Notes: a model not told the origin generated them from the letters alone. Counted from the stretch's first letter, positions 40,399 through 52,298 are shown. The stretch is 64,000 nt of DNA from Antedon mediterranea (GCF_964355755.1 NC_092671.1:17980001-18044000); one strand, 5' to 3'. Numbers and translations are program-made.

Positions 40399-43323
40399 TT
40401 AATTCTTTTCGTTCACTTGTTGAAGCTCGACTTTTATATTTACAATTTGTTCCTTTAATTCTTTTCCTTGATTTTCAATCCAATCTTTATTCCGATTCTG
40501 CTCCGTTGATACCTTCTCTTCAGATATATCATTTATTCCTTTGAAGAGCTTTTTCGTTTCCTCCTCTAGCATAATCTCATGCTTTTCAGTTAATTCATCT
40601 GTGATTTTCTTTGTAACAGCTTCAATCTCTTCTGCATGAGATTCTGCTAACTGCTGTCGAATGTTCTGGAATTCTTGAACAAATTCGTTCTCTTTGTCCG
40701 ATTTTTCAGTACAGAATTGAACCTTGAAATGGTCTTCAACTTCTTCTACTTTGGGTTTCATTTTGCGATCAATTTCAGCAACAACTTCAGAACGCTGTTG
40801 GTTTAATGCAATGCGATGGATATCTTCTTGATGGGCACTTTCATCTTCAAACCTTTTCCGATATTCATTTTCCAATCTTTCCTTTTCATCAATAAACTGG
40901 GTAACTCTTTCATCTAACTCTGAAGTTTTCTTCTTTATTTCTTGGTTAGCTTCATCAAGCTCTCGATGAAGTTGCAAAGTTACATCTTCTTCTTTCTCCA
41001 TTTTCTCTGTTAGTTCCTTGTTGTGATTATTAAGAAGTGCAACTTGATCTTCGAAGTCTTTTTGGATGTTCTGACAAGCCTCTAAGTCCATCTCTTTCTC
41101 ATCTAATTGGTCTTGGAGTTCCTTTAAATTCTGTTCTAATGCATCTCTAATTTTGTTGTTAGTTTCAGCATCTTCTTCACATTTCTTTTGCAATTCTTGC
41201 ATTTCATTCTGGTGTCTTTCCTGCAGCTGTGACTTAATCATAACAATTTGTTGTCCATAAGTCTCATCAAGTTCTGCATGTAGTAAAGCCAATTGTTCAC
41301 TAATGTTAGATGGATTAGACGCTACAGCCTGTTGAAGTTGTTTGTTCATATAAGCAAGTTCGTCATCTGATTTCCCTTTAACCAGATCTCTTTCTTCTTT
41401 AATTTCTGCTAACTCATCATTTTTCTTAGCATACTTTGTGGCTAAATCCTGCAATAGTGTCTCTTTCTTAGTGACGGTCTCTTGTAACTTGATAACCTGC
41501 ATTTGTGCTTCAGTTATCTCGTGAGCTGAATCTCTCTCCTTTACATGGAGACTTGTTGGATGTCTCCTTTGGCAAATTTTACAAATACTTTTCTGGTTAC
41601 AGTTCCTTGACACATGGCCATGTTGTAAGCAGCTGAAGCATAGACCATTTTGCTTGATGTATTGCTGTTTTTCGGTTTCAGGTTTTCTGGCAAACGCTCT
41701 GCAGTCACTTAGGTGATGGTTATTCATTTTACACATGAAGCATGATGGCATTCCACTGATACTGGTGGCTAGCGTTTGAGATTGGTTTCGATATCTTGAA
41801 CTTTTTTCTGTGAATTTTGTTTCATTTTCTGGTATTAAGGTAACAGGATCGCAAACAATTTCGGCTTCGGTCGTCAAAAATGTGGAAAAGTCATTGAATG
41901 TTGGATAACTACCCTTGATTTGCATAGCGCTCACTGCGTTTCTTCGCCATCTATTCACTAACCAATCTGGTAATTTTTGAAGAATTTTCCGGTTTTCTCT
42001 GCTGTCATTAAGAACTTCTAAGCCTTTCATTTCCTTCATTGCTATGTTGCATTGGTTCAGAAAGTCAGAGAGTCGCCTAAGGCCATTGTAATCTCTTGCT
42101 TGAATCCTTGGCCAGCTGTCTAATTTGTCTCTAAATGCTTCGGAAACTATAAATGGATTTCCATATCTTTTTTCTAAAACTGCTTTAGCGTTTTCATAAG
42201 CATGTTCACCTTGTAGCAGAAAGTATCCACTGACAACTTCCTTTGCTGGGCCTCCTATGTATCTCTTAAGGTAGTGAATTCTGTCTGCCTTAGAAATTCC
42301 TTTATTTTCGATTAACCATCTAAAGGATGCGTTCCAATCATAGTACTTAAGAGGATCGCCATCGAATATTGGTGGCTCTGGTGCTGGTATGCGGTTCATA
42401 CTGAAGGCTAAAGAAAAGGCTTCTGCTAAAGCGTTTAAGTCTGTGGTACTGCTAGATTGATTTTGAGGCATTGTCGGTTGGGCTGTTGTTGCTTGTGTCT
42501 GTGTCATTAGAGGTTGAGGTTTGGTTAAGTTGCAAAACCTTAGTGCATGATCATTTGAGGTTTGGTGTGGTGTGGTCATAATTTCTCCATATCCGTTCTG
42601 AATTTCCTGTTGAATTGCATCAACTCGTGCATTCTCTACAGCTGCAGCTTGTTTAGCCTCTAAAACTTTGAACTCTGCTTCAGCTTTGGCATGTTCTGTT
42701 CTTTGCTGTGCTTCCCGCCTTATTTCTTCAAGCCTTGCTTCTGCTTTTTTAATTTCCATTTCAGCTTCCTTTGCTGTAAGGTCTGCTTTCTGTTTAGCCA
42801 TTTTTTCAGCAAATTGAGCAGTTTTGTTGGCTGCAGCAGCATTCGCCACAGCTTGAGCTTTAATGCTAACAATAGATCGACATGAACTCCTTGATGCTGC
42901 AGATTTTGAGGCTTGACACTCCAGGGCTAATGCATGTGCCCTATCCATAGCGCTTGTTATACTAGCTTGGATGGAGTTGGTAATGGTGAGATATATGTTC
43001 TCATTCTCCAGGTGATCTTCGCGATGAATACCATCTCTATCTTGTGCATACAATTTATTCAATACGCACCAAGCATCACTATATTCCTTTAATGCAGCTT
43101 TAGCTTTGCATAATGCAGTTTGTATCTCAAATTCGTCACTTGAAACATCTTCTAGTTCACTTGATGCTTCTTGAGCCTTTCTCTGAGTTTGACTCAACAG
43201 TTTTACTTCAGTAGCAATGCTAATTGACAGGGCCTTAGCTGTAGGGCGTCTCTCACTCTGTTCTCTTAGATTCATTGAGTTTTCATCAGCTAAGTTTTCA
43301 CTATTACCGTAGGCGTCCATCAT
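40399..43323 (-). CDS. Gag (BEL/Pao, DUF1759-like capsid + 3 zinc knuckles) fused to AKAP9/pericentrin-like coiled coil, 974 aa
   Basis: PPIFDGDPLKYYDWNASF...RIHYLKRYIGGPAK...LEKRYG...ILQKLPDWL capsid-like region; knuckles CFMC..H....C, CFSCLQHGHVSRNC, CKICQRRHPTSLH; then ~380 aa E/K/Q-rich heptads including LHAELDETYGQQIVMIKSQL. No protease, RT or integrase motifs. Confidence 0.88.
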   Translation of the reverse strand: MMDAYGNSENLADENSMNLREQSERRPTAKALSISIATEVKLLSQTQRKAQEASSELEDVSSDEFEIQTALCKAKAALKEYSDAWCVLNKLYAQDRDGIHREDHLENENIYLTITNSIQASITSAMDRAHALALECQASKSAASRSSCRSIVSIKAQAVANAAAANKTAQFAEKMAKQKADLTAKEAEMEIKKAEARLEEIRREAQQRTEHAKAEAEFKVLEAKQAAAVENARVDAIQQEIQNGYGEIMTTPHQTSNDHALRFCNLTKPQPLMTQTQATTAQPTMPQNQSSSTTDLNALAEAFSLAFSMNRIPAPEPPIFDGDPLKYYDWNASFRWLIENKGISKADRIHYLKRYIGGPAKEVVSGYFLLQGEHAYENAKAVLEKRYGNPFIVSEAFRDKLDSWPRIQARDYNGLRRLSDFLNQCNIAMKEMKGLEVLNDSRENRKILQKLPDWLVNRWRRNAVSAMQIKGSYPTFNDFSTFLTTEAEIVCDPVTLIPENETKFTEKSSRYRNQSQTLATSISGMPSCFMCKMNNHHLSDCRAFARKPETEKQQYIKQNGLCFSCLQHGHVSRNCNQKSICKICQRRHPTSLHVKERDSAHEITEAQMQVIKLQETVTKKETLLQDLATKYAKKNDELAEIKEERDLVKGKSDDELAYMNKQLQQAVASNPSNISEQLALLHAELDETYGQQIVMIKSQLQERHQNEMQELQKKCEEDAETNNKIRDALEQNLKELQDQLDEKEMDLEACQNIQKDFEDQVALLNNHNKELTEKMEKEEDVTLQLHRELDEANQEIKKKTSELDERVTQFIDEKERLENEYRKRFEDESAHQEDIHRIALNQQRSEVVAEIDRKMKPKVEEVEDHFKVQFCTEKSDKENEFVQEFQNIRQQLAESHAEEIEAVTKKITDELTEKHEIMLEEETKKLFKGINDISEEKVSTEQNRNKDWIENQGKELKEQIVNIKVELQQVNEKN

Positions 43324-43804
43324 AAATAAATTACAAATTTTGTAGATACTGATGTTCCTTTATTTATTCTCTGAACTATCTCTTGTATCTCTACAAATTA
43401 CAGTATCATTAGCAACTTGAATAAACACCGTGAAAACTATAATAAAACAAAGATTAGCATTACAATGTAGGCCTAATCATATCATCATCGTACAGGCAGA
43501 CAAGCACAGGTCTGACTCATGGGGCTGGGGAACATGATACCCTAAAGCCTAGGGCTAGCTCTCAGCAATGAAGTAAAACTCAACTAATTAAAAATACAAG
43601 TCATAAGTTATAATTACAATCACATGAATAACCATGTGTAAATACCTTGTAGCCTTATTGGAGCCTATGGTAAAGATACTTTGAACAATGATTATCTCTA
43701 AACTTTATGTCATAAAAAATGTCTTATAAAATGTCTTATTCTCTCTTATCACTTTTTATTTATTTGAACTCTAGAGGGCCTCCTATAAGTAGGCTGCAGT
43801 TACA
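43302..43804 (-). repeat. 5' LTR
   Basis: Matches the 3' LTR except that it ends TAATA instead of TAACA; contains the first in-frame ATGs of the ORF. Confidence 0.95.
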
Positions 43805-44455
43805 GGTCTGTACTGATGCTGCATGGTCTAGCTAGGCTATGATAGCCTTACAGCAGTGAGGTTTGTTCTGGCACCCAACCTCGGACTACTCATGATAGGG
43901 TGTCTGAATAATTGCTCTTCAGTCAGGCCTAGGCTTCCATATCGCTAACCTATTTTGTGATCTGAGCAATAGAATTTGTAAAGGATTTTGTGTTTAAAAA
44001 TTCTTAATGTGGGATAAATGGGGCGAACGACCAAGCTTTTCGAACCCATGAATACATAGGCCTGGTCCTATACATAAATGAGTATGAGCCTACTATGAAA
44101 GAGTAGACGGCCTAGCTACTGTAGGCCTAGCTTAAAATGAATAAGCAAGTTAATTATGAAGCTGTTATACAGTGCAAATCATGATGATAATATTTTTATC
44201 TGAAATATTACTTATGACATTATTACCTAAACAAATTAATTGTGTGTATACAATTGATTCGCCATTTTTCGACACTATAATTTACTAAAGGGGAGAAATT
44301 AAACCAACGAACAAAACGCGTCCATCGCCAAATGTAACAACGTATAAACTAATAACCCCTAACTTACTGAACAAGTGTAATGTATTAAAAACACTATTTT
44401 CTGACCGATTTTTTAGAAATAAGTTTTTAGAAAATATTGTCATATTTTCCCGGTT

Positions 44456-45241
44456 TTTAGTCGCGTGGAAGCGACTCTATAGTTCACTATGTCGGTCGGT
44501 CGGTCTGTCTGTCTGTCGGTCTGTCTGTCGGTCTGTCTGTCTGTCGGTACGGTATCACTATGCGTTTTATCGCTTTATGACCTTATCTTGATATCAGTTT
44601 AATCTAGCTAAGTCAATTTTTCACAGAATATTCCTTATGGCCAGGAATCGATGTGGTTATGTTTTCACGGTGCGCAATAAAAAATTACGCGGTCTACGCA
44701 CGATTTAACGAAATCACGTTTGTAATCATATCTTAACAACCATGAATCACAATTAAATAAAAGCTGGTACTCATAAATTTCAGGGCATAAATCATCATAT
44801 GGCAATACAATTACGTGCGTAGCGCATGTAACGCATGCATACGCGCGCTTAAAATTTTCAAAATTTATTTTCGATGAAATAAGAGTACGTTTCAGGCAAT
44901 TTGCCATGAGTGCGCAGATTTTTGCGCGCGCACTGCGCGTTAAATTTTATTGCGCACTCTTTTTGCCCGATTTCTGTTTTCTTGACTTACTTTTCAACTC
45001 GAAATTACGTTATACGAGCACGTCAAAAGTGACAGGCTACGCACGTGTAAATTAAAAAAATATAAATGTTTTTAAACATTTCAACATTTTTAAACATGTT
45101 CAGTAATTTCGGTCAGTATAGTTCACTATGTCGGTCGGTCCGTCTGTCTGTCGGTCTGTCTGTCTGTCTGTCGGTCTGTTTGTCTGTCGGTCCGGTATCA
45201 CTATGCATTGTAGCACGCGACTTAATGGCTGTTGGCCTTGT
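44456..45241 (+). mobile_element. Helentron-associated (HINE/DINE-1-like) non-autonomous element
   Basis: T-rich junctions, subterminal inverted repeat agtcgcgtg / cacgcgact, (GTCT/GTCG)n microsatellite inside two core repeats (~44477 and ~45117), 3' hairpin ggctgttggcc followed by ttgt. Confidence 0.7.
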
Positions 45242-46329
45242 TTATTTATGTAATCACTTTCAATTAAACATACTTAAACATAATATAAGATGAGAAAGTC
45301 TGAGTGGAGCTCCACTTTAATGTTGAGTAGGTATTGATTGTAGATATCGGTCCATCCGTTCAAAATGCAGTTATAATTATTACAAAATATTAGTAATAAT
45401 AGTAGGCCTATTCTGTTTTTACACCCAATAAAGTCAACAACCAGTAAGCTGGTAATGTAAAGTTTTAATTGGTAATTTACTAAACAAATTCCATTTCTAA
45501 TAATATCCTATTCAGTATGACTTTATATACAGGTTACAGTGAAGCGTTATTAACAGTTTTAATTATATTATTCATAATTTAAAGGTATTGCGGAAGTTTA
45601 AATCATTTGGGAACAAAACTAATTTTATGTTTCAATGGGGTATCCTCTTGGGGTGCCTTATTCTTATGTAAGTCTAGTTATTTTACATTAAGTGTTGGTA
45701 ATAGCAGAAGATCATAAATTTACTAAACTCAGTTTCTTATCCTGGTCATTGAATGAAGGCAATGCTGGTATTTAAAATTTTTACACGATTGCTACTAAGT
45801 ACGTATTATACTGTAATGATTTCCGAACTGTTCATTGTAGGCCTACAGATCTTTAATTTAAGGTCACAAACTCATTTTATGTACAAATAAATACTATATG
45901 GAACTATTGCGATAATTTGTTTCGTCTTCAAACAGTAAAACATTGTCGATTCTAATGATTTAAAGACACATTACCTACGGTACCATTTTTGACTCTTTGG
46001 AAAAATAATGCATATTACTTTTAAAACATTAAACCCGGTCATTCCTTGTAATAAATGTACGTTTGTGGTAAATTATGATAAAAATAGAGACACAGTGCAC
46101 AATGCTCCCGTCGAATGTCCTCTCGTGGACGGTCTTAAGGCCTAGCTAGGCTTATAGTTTTTAAAGTCTATAGCTGGTAAACAGCAGAACATACGAACAT
46201 CGTACGCTAGGCCTTGCCTGACATTGTCTAGTTGAAATCGGGCCGAATCTTCCCACCAATCGTCCCGGATTCTTCACGATCGATCGAAATTGGATGAGTC
46301 GCAGAAGAAAAACGAAAATATTAATCCGC

Positions 46330-46550
46330 GCGCAATGCATGTTGGGATTTATAGCGGACTGCTTAAATCATTAGAATCGACTAATTAATGTTCACATTTG
46401 TTACACTTTAAAGACGAAGAGAGTTATCGCAATAGGACCATAATAGTATATATTTGTTTACGTTAAATGTAGTTTGCGACCTTAAATTAGATTAAAAAAC
46501 GTAGGGAATGGGACTTTAAGCGACCAGCTACAAATACCAGAATGCATCGG
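46330..46550. promoter_or_regulatory. Two divergent Staf/ZNF143-like motifs in a CpG-richer inverted repeat
   Basis: ctataaatcccaacatgcattgcgc (minus, 46354-46330) and ctacaaataccagaatgcatcgg (plus, 46528-46550) resemble ACTACAATTCCCAGAATGC. Confidence 0.35.
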
Positions 46551-48319
46551 GCGCGAATTTAAATTTTCATATTGCTTTTGTGATGCACCACATTCGATCG
46601 ACCGTGAATGGAAAACAAATAAAAGAACCGTAACTTTTCAGCAAAATTACCAGTTCTTCCCCAATTTGTATTTACGGATTCTGCTAAAAAAGGAAAGACA
46701 ATCAATTCAGCAACGAGACTTCAGGCTATTATATACTGTGCATAACATTATAGAACGAACATAGCCCCCTCTATCATCAACATATTTTTTAATTACTATA
46801 GAGGGCGCATTATTTGTTGCATAGAAATAATTTAAGTATGTTATTTTTATAGGCCGACTACTTTCTGGATGTATAAAGAAAGTGCAATCATTAGTATTTG
46901 TGGTTTCATTCATACTTTACCAGACCCTACGTACTTTAATAAGAAATATTTCTCACAAAAAACGTCGCTCGACCTTTTGACGTAATTGTTCTTTCTTCAT
47001 TAAATAATGCTTTTTTTATTTATTGATATTCTATTTAATAATTTAAGAAATAATGATTTGTTATCAATTATTTTTACTAAAATCAGCAGTAAACATGTTG
47101 AGTAACGTAAATATAGTCTGAAATTAAAAATTCTAAACTAAACTATAGTACATACTGTACATATTCCGGCTAAGGCTAAAAAAATCTAATTCCTCAGCCG
47201 CCGAAAAACGTACTCACTAATAAAACAATTCTTCATCTATACACCCCCTTCGCCAAAAATATTTCCATAGAGGAAGGATTGATTTGACAATGATAAACAA
47301 ATACTGTCTGCATACATCTTTTTGGGTTTGCGCATGCCCAGTCCGAGTTTCCAAATTCACATTTTTGTTCAGCCGTAGTAGACATAAGCTTCCTCGTGAT
47401 ACAATTTCCTAATGCTTCCGTCCATTTGAAAACCCAAAGGCACGGCGCGAAAATATACATCCTATAATAATACAAAATTGTCACTAAACTGATTCAGTAG
47501 GCCCATGTTCATATAAAATGTAGGACTACCGTAGCCTACAAACAGGGAAGAGTTACAACATTAGTAGTAAAAAAGTAATTTTATTCTTCCCTGGGAAAAT
47601 TAAAATGTTAATTTACAGATAGTTAAATAGACATAGGGTTACGAAAAACTGATAATATTGTATATAATATTTACAATTTATATGAATTAAGAATTGTCTA
47701 TTATTCATGAGTTCGTCAATCAAGCGTAAAATTACGTCAAAGTTTTTCCATAATGAAATACTAGTAAAAGCTATTTCAGAGAAAATAAAACAGTGATAAT
47801 AATTTACATTTTGATGAGGTTAATCAAATAATAACGAGCTCATTATAACAATGTAGTTTTTATAATAATAATAATAATGATAATGTATTGTTCTAGTAAG
47901 ATATGATATGCGTTGAAAATGCATAATTTCTCAGAGACAAAAGACAATAAAAAAAAAATCAAATTAAAAACGAATTACAGAAGCAGGCGTTATTTTTAAC
48001 GCTAGCGTTTTTAGATTCCCTGCGGAAATTACGTTTGTAAGATTTATACGGTAATCATTGTCACATTGAATACATTGAAACTTAAATTACAGTATGCAAG
48101 ATGTGTATTGTTCACCCCTAAATGTTCTTAAAGTCTTCTGTACGCAATTCTACTATTTTATTTTCACGTTGTCATAATAGGTAATACATTTTATTTTCGC
48201 AAATTAAATAAAAATTTAGTACCTAAACATTACATGGGATCGATGAATTTATTTTCCGATTTAATCAGATCAGATATCAAGATCAAAGTATCATTTTGTT
48301 AACTATAAATATATTCCCT

Positions 48320-48361
48320 ACTCCTCTAACCTCTCCCTCTCTAACCTCTCTAACCTCTAAC

Positions 48362-48392
<31 letters not shown>

Positions 48393-48412
48393 CTTCCTCT
48401 AACCTCTCCCCT
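48320..48412. repeat. (CT)n / CTCTAAC low-complexity tract
   Basis: Direct reading. Confidence 0.85.
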
Positions 48413-49444
48413 TTTTGTAACTCCAGCCACAATTTTAAAAAGGTTAGATGGGTGAAATTGCCATTGTAAAGCTAATGTGTTGAAAGAAAAACTATAAAGC
48501 TGATTTTTTTTTTCAATAATTTAAATAGAAAGGAAGACTAAAATGATTTTTAAAATACTATAAATAGAAAGAAAAAATAAGCTGATTTTTAAAATAATTT
48601 AATTAGAAAGGAAAGGTTCTTTTATTAAAGATAGACAACTATTTTGAAAAAAAGTTAAACAAACGACATGCTTTATCAATGGATTTATTTGCTCCTCCCT
48701 AATAATATATTATGATGTTTTACAATTTGTCAAGTGAAATATTCAGATGATACGTATCCATTTACAGATAACCTTGTGCAAACGTTTTCTGATCAATTTG
48801 AATTGGAACCTAGCCACTCTCGTCTGTAATTAAAGCTATGTTATTAAATATAATCGAGATAATGCACGTATTTATGCCATTGTGCATTACGTCATTATTA
48901 TGAATTAATCATGCATAACGGAGAGTAACTAGCGCCATCACACAACTATACTAATTAAAACAACTACGTTTACCCCACTGCGTTAACATTTTCTACAAAA
49001 ATACATAAATCTAATTTTTTTTTGGTTGGTGGTATTGTGTAAAAACAAATAAGAATAGTTTCATGTGCCTATGTACTAATTTATGAAACAATATAATATA
49101 AATATTGATAAATTAAACAAAAAGATACATGTTGGTTCCTTCTCTGTTCTGCTGTAATACCAAGTCGGATCATCTCTTTTATTTTACAAAGGTGTTATAA
49201 CATTAATACGTTGTGGTTTACCTCATTTTCAATGACAGTACCGTCACGTGATTTATGATAGCGAAATCAAATCCGACATTGCTAACAGTCATTGATCACA
49301 TGATCTTCATATAACGATCTACACATTAAACGAATCTAAATGTACAATAAAGGTTATTAATGTGCTATATCATATATATTGACATGTAGCCTTTATTCTA
49401 TTTTAGTAGCACCTTCTAAGAAAGATCAATTATGTAAACATATT

Positions 49445-50373
49445 GTACGAGTTTGACCAGCCTGTCCTCTGTGTACGAGTTTGACCAGCCTGTCCTCTGT
49501 GTACGAGTTTGACCAGCCTGTCCTCTGTGTGCGAGTTTGACCAGCCTGTCCTCTGTGTGCGAGTTTGACCAGCCTGTCCTCTGTGTACGAGTTTGACCAG
49601 CCTGTCCTCTGTGTGCGAGTTTGACCAGCCTGTCCTCTGTGTACGAGTTTGACCAGCCTGTCCTCTGTGTACGAGTTTGACCAGCCTGTCCTCTGTGTGC
49701 GAGTTTGACCAGCCTGTCCTCTGTGTACGAGTTTGACCAGCCTGTCCTCTGTGTGCGAGTTTGACCAGCCTGTCCTCTGTGTACGAGTTTGACCAGCCTG
49801 TCCTCTGTGTGCGAGTTTGACCAGCCTGTCTTCTGTGTGCGAGTTTGACCAGCCTGTCCTCTGTGTACGAGTTTGACCAGCCTGTCCTCTGTGTGCGAGT
49901 TTGACCAGCCTGTCCTCTGTGTACGAGTTTGACCAGCCTGTCCTTTGTGTGCGAGTTTGACCAGCCTGTCCTCTGTGTACGAGTTTGACCAGCCTGTCCT
50001 CTGTGTGCGAGTTTGACCAGCCTGTCCTCTGTGTGCGAGTTTGACCAGCCTGTCCTCTGTGTGCGAGTTCGACCAGCCTGTCCTCTGTGTACGAGTTTGA
50101 CCAGCCTGTCCTCTGTGTACGAGTTTGACCAGCCTGTCCTCTGTGTACGAGTTTGACCAGCCTGTCCTCTGTGTACGAGTTTGACCAGCCTGTCATCTGT
50201 GTACGAGTTTGAACAGCCTGTCCTCTGTGTACGAGTTTGACCAGCCTGTCCTCTGTGTACGAGTTTGACCAGCCTGTCCTCTGTGTACGAGTTTGACCAG
50301 CCTGTCCTCTGTGTACGAGTTTGACCAGCCTGTCCTCTGTGTACGAGTTTGACCAGCCTGTCCTCTGTGTACG
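49445..50373. repeat. 28-bp minisatellite, ~33 copies
   Basis: Unit (A/G)CGAGTTTGACCAGCCTGTCCTCTGTGT head to tail with no spacers. Confidence 0.97.
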
Positions 50374-52204
50374 CATAAAACAGATTTATAGTGAATAGTA
50401 GGACTACAGAAGTAGGCCTAGTTTTCTATTTCATATGATTATAGCTAGAAGCTGCCCAATGCTATGAGTACCTGTAACCAGACTCTAGTAATATTTTACT
50501 CGTATTGTAATAGACAATATTCAATATTAAATTCAAATGTAAATTACCGTAACTGAAAAATACAACACTGTGGGTATCAGTAGAGAACAAAATACATCTA
50601 AATCAAAACGATAAAGTAAAATAGGAAAACACTGTCCGCGTTATGTGCTTATCTCTCTCTATCACTATCGCCATTCAGACATTACGCTTTCCACGATTTG
50701 TTTCCATATTTTGGACAGGACGGTTTGTTATTGTGTTAAAGTCTACATTTTTTCCATTTAAATCCTTTTTATTTGTTTTATATCCAGTTATCTTTTGGTC
50801 TTCCTGGTGTTCTTTTTACTTTCTTTTAGTTTACTCCATTTGTGTTTCGTCCGGTAGTCTAATTACGGTTTCCATACCATTTTAATCTTCTTCGTTTTAT
50901 TATTTTACTCCATTCTTGTTTTGTTATGCACATCATTTTAAATAAATAATAACAATAAAACAATTTCCTGTATTAGTACTCATTATACAACCAGGGTTAC
51001 TCCTGATACGACAACACGATTTGGGAAAAACAAAATGTGTATTTTTTATATAAAATGGTCAGCATATGTGTTTAAAAGTGTAATGCATTACTATCAACTG
51101 TATTAGAAGATGTAATTTCCGTGTGTTACATGCTTCGTAGCTTGTGTTGATCTGTAAACTAAAGTTCAGCCATAAGTCTCATCACAGTACTAACTTGCGG
51201 TACGTTCCATCGACAGAATTCATGTTCATGCTAATGGTACACTGGTCATGAATAACAGCTCCTTGGGCGGCATTCATGTTTTCAACATTGGACGTGAAAT
51301 GATTATGAAAACAGTAATGTTATTGGAAATTTAATTATTATGGAATGCTTACTCAATTTAGTAACATATTTAGTTGCTTGCTTGCCAAGTAGGTTCAGCC
51401 GAATATCGTACGGTATATCTAGCCTGTCTAAGGAAAATAACCATAGCCAATAAATTAGAAGACATATGTTAACATTGTGAGACTTAGCCTGTTTAGGCCT
51501 CTGGGCCTAAATTGTAGACACTTTGTTATGTATACCATGCTTTAGTTTAGAAGTGATACTTAATGTTACTGTATTGATTTTAGATTCAGATTGCAATGCT
51601 GTCTCAAATAGGCTGGATTGCAAAAATTACCTTGTTTAGTTAGTGTCGATTGTCAACTGGGGTGATCGATATTGAATGAAATTGGATATGATGAAACAAA
51701 TTTACAAATTTGCATTTTCTTAAGATCTAAAACAGTGATTGGATGACAAAAAGAACACAAGATCCACGTATCTTGATACGTATTACATAGCGCATGATAT
51801 TAGTCGTTTTGGGAACTCAAATTAAGATTTTACACAGCGAAACTATTAAAATATAATAAGAAAAACACATTTAAACATATTGATGTTAATCTTGAATTGT
51901 TGTTAATGGTCCCGTTAATGATATGGTGATATGCTAAAGAATGATGCGTTTGTATCGAAATACATTGATCTACAGTAGTAAGTAGTAACATATATGATGT
52001 TTACTAACACTTGCCCGTCTTAGGCATACATCTGTAGCTTTCGAAAATGTAGAAAAGATGAATTGAACATTTAACACTACGGTCAAGAGAAATCGATATC
52101 AACAATCATCAACAACGCACAGCGAACGAAAGGGAAGGAAGGATATCGACAAAAAGATGACACCAAACACTGGTGATGCTCTTGCTTGCCAGACGTCCAC
52201 TTAC

Positions 52205-52298
52205 ACAGAAATAGGTTTCCAATTTCATACAATGTTTTATATATCGGATTGCGATAGTATCTAAACATTCCTAGTTCACCTTCTACCTGAGCTTCCAT
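52205..52298 (-). CDS. Candidate first coding exon of the synaptotagmin (unconfirmed)
   Basis: ATG in good Kozak context (AGG ATG G), 31 codons plus 1 nt, then GTAAGT donor in phase 1, matching the phase-1 acceptor at 12003. No recognisable homology. Confidence 0.2.

Larger units (their letters stand above)
39764..43804 (-). mobile_element. Non-autonomous BEL/Pao LTR retrotransposon (no pol)
   Basis: Two 503-bp LTRs, element termini TG...CA, 5-bp TSD GGTCT (39759-39763 and 43805-43809), polypurine tract GGGTGGGAG next to the 3' LTR, BEL-type Gag. Confidence 0.95.
39392..45316. mobile_element. Putative non-autonomous Kolobok-like DNA transposon hosting two nested insertions
   Basis: TTAA on both sides; left end agttaagctccacccaga versus reverse complement of right end agtggagctccactcaga (15/18); related end near 36980-37050. 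Confidence 0.45.

Noticed and set aside
40399-41540. Gag C-terminal extension as env or pol
   Set aside because: No signal peptide, TM helix, cysteine pattern, or protease/RT/integrase motifs; it is an acidic coiled coil.
49426-50376. 316-aa repetitive ORF, or a CRISPR-like array
   Set aside because: Translation of a 28-bp minisatellite; the units abut with no unique spacers and no cas genes are present.
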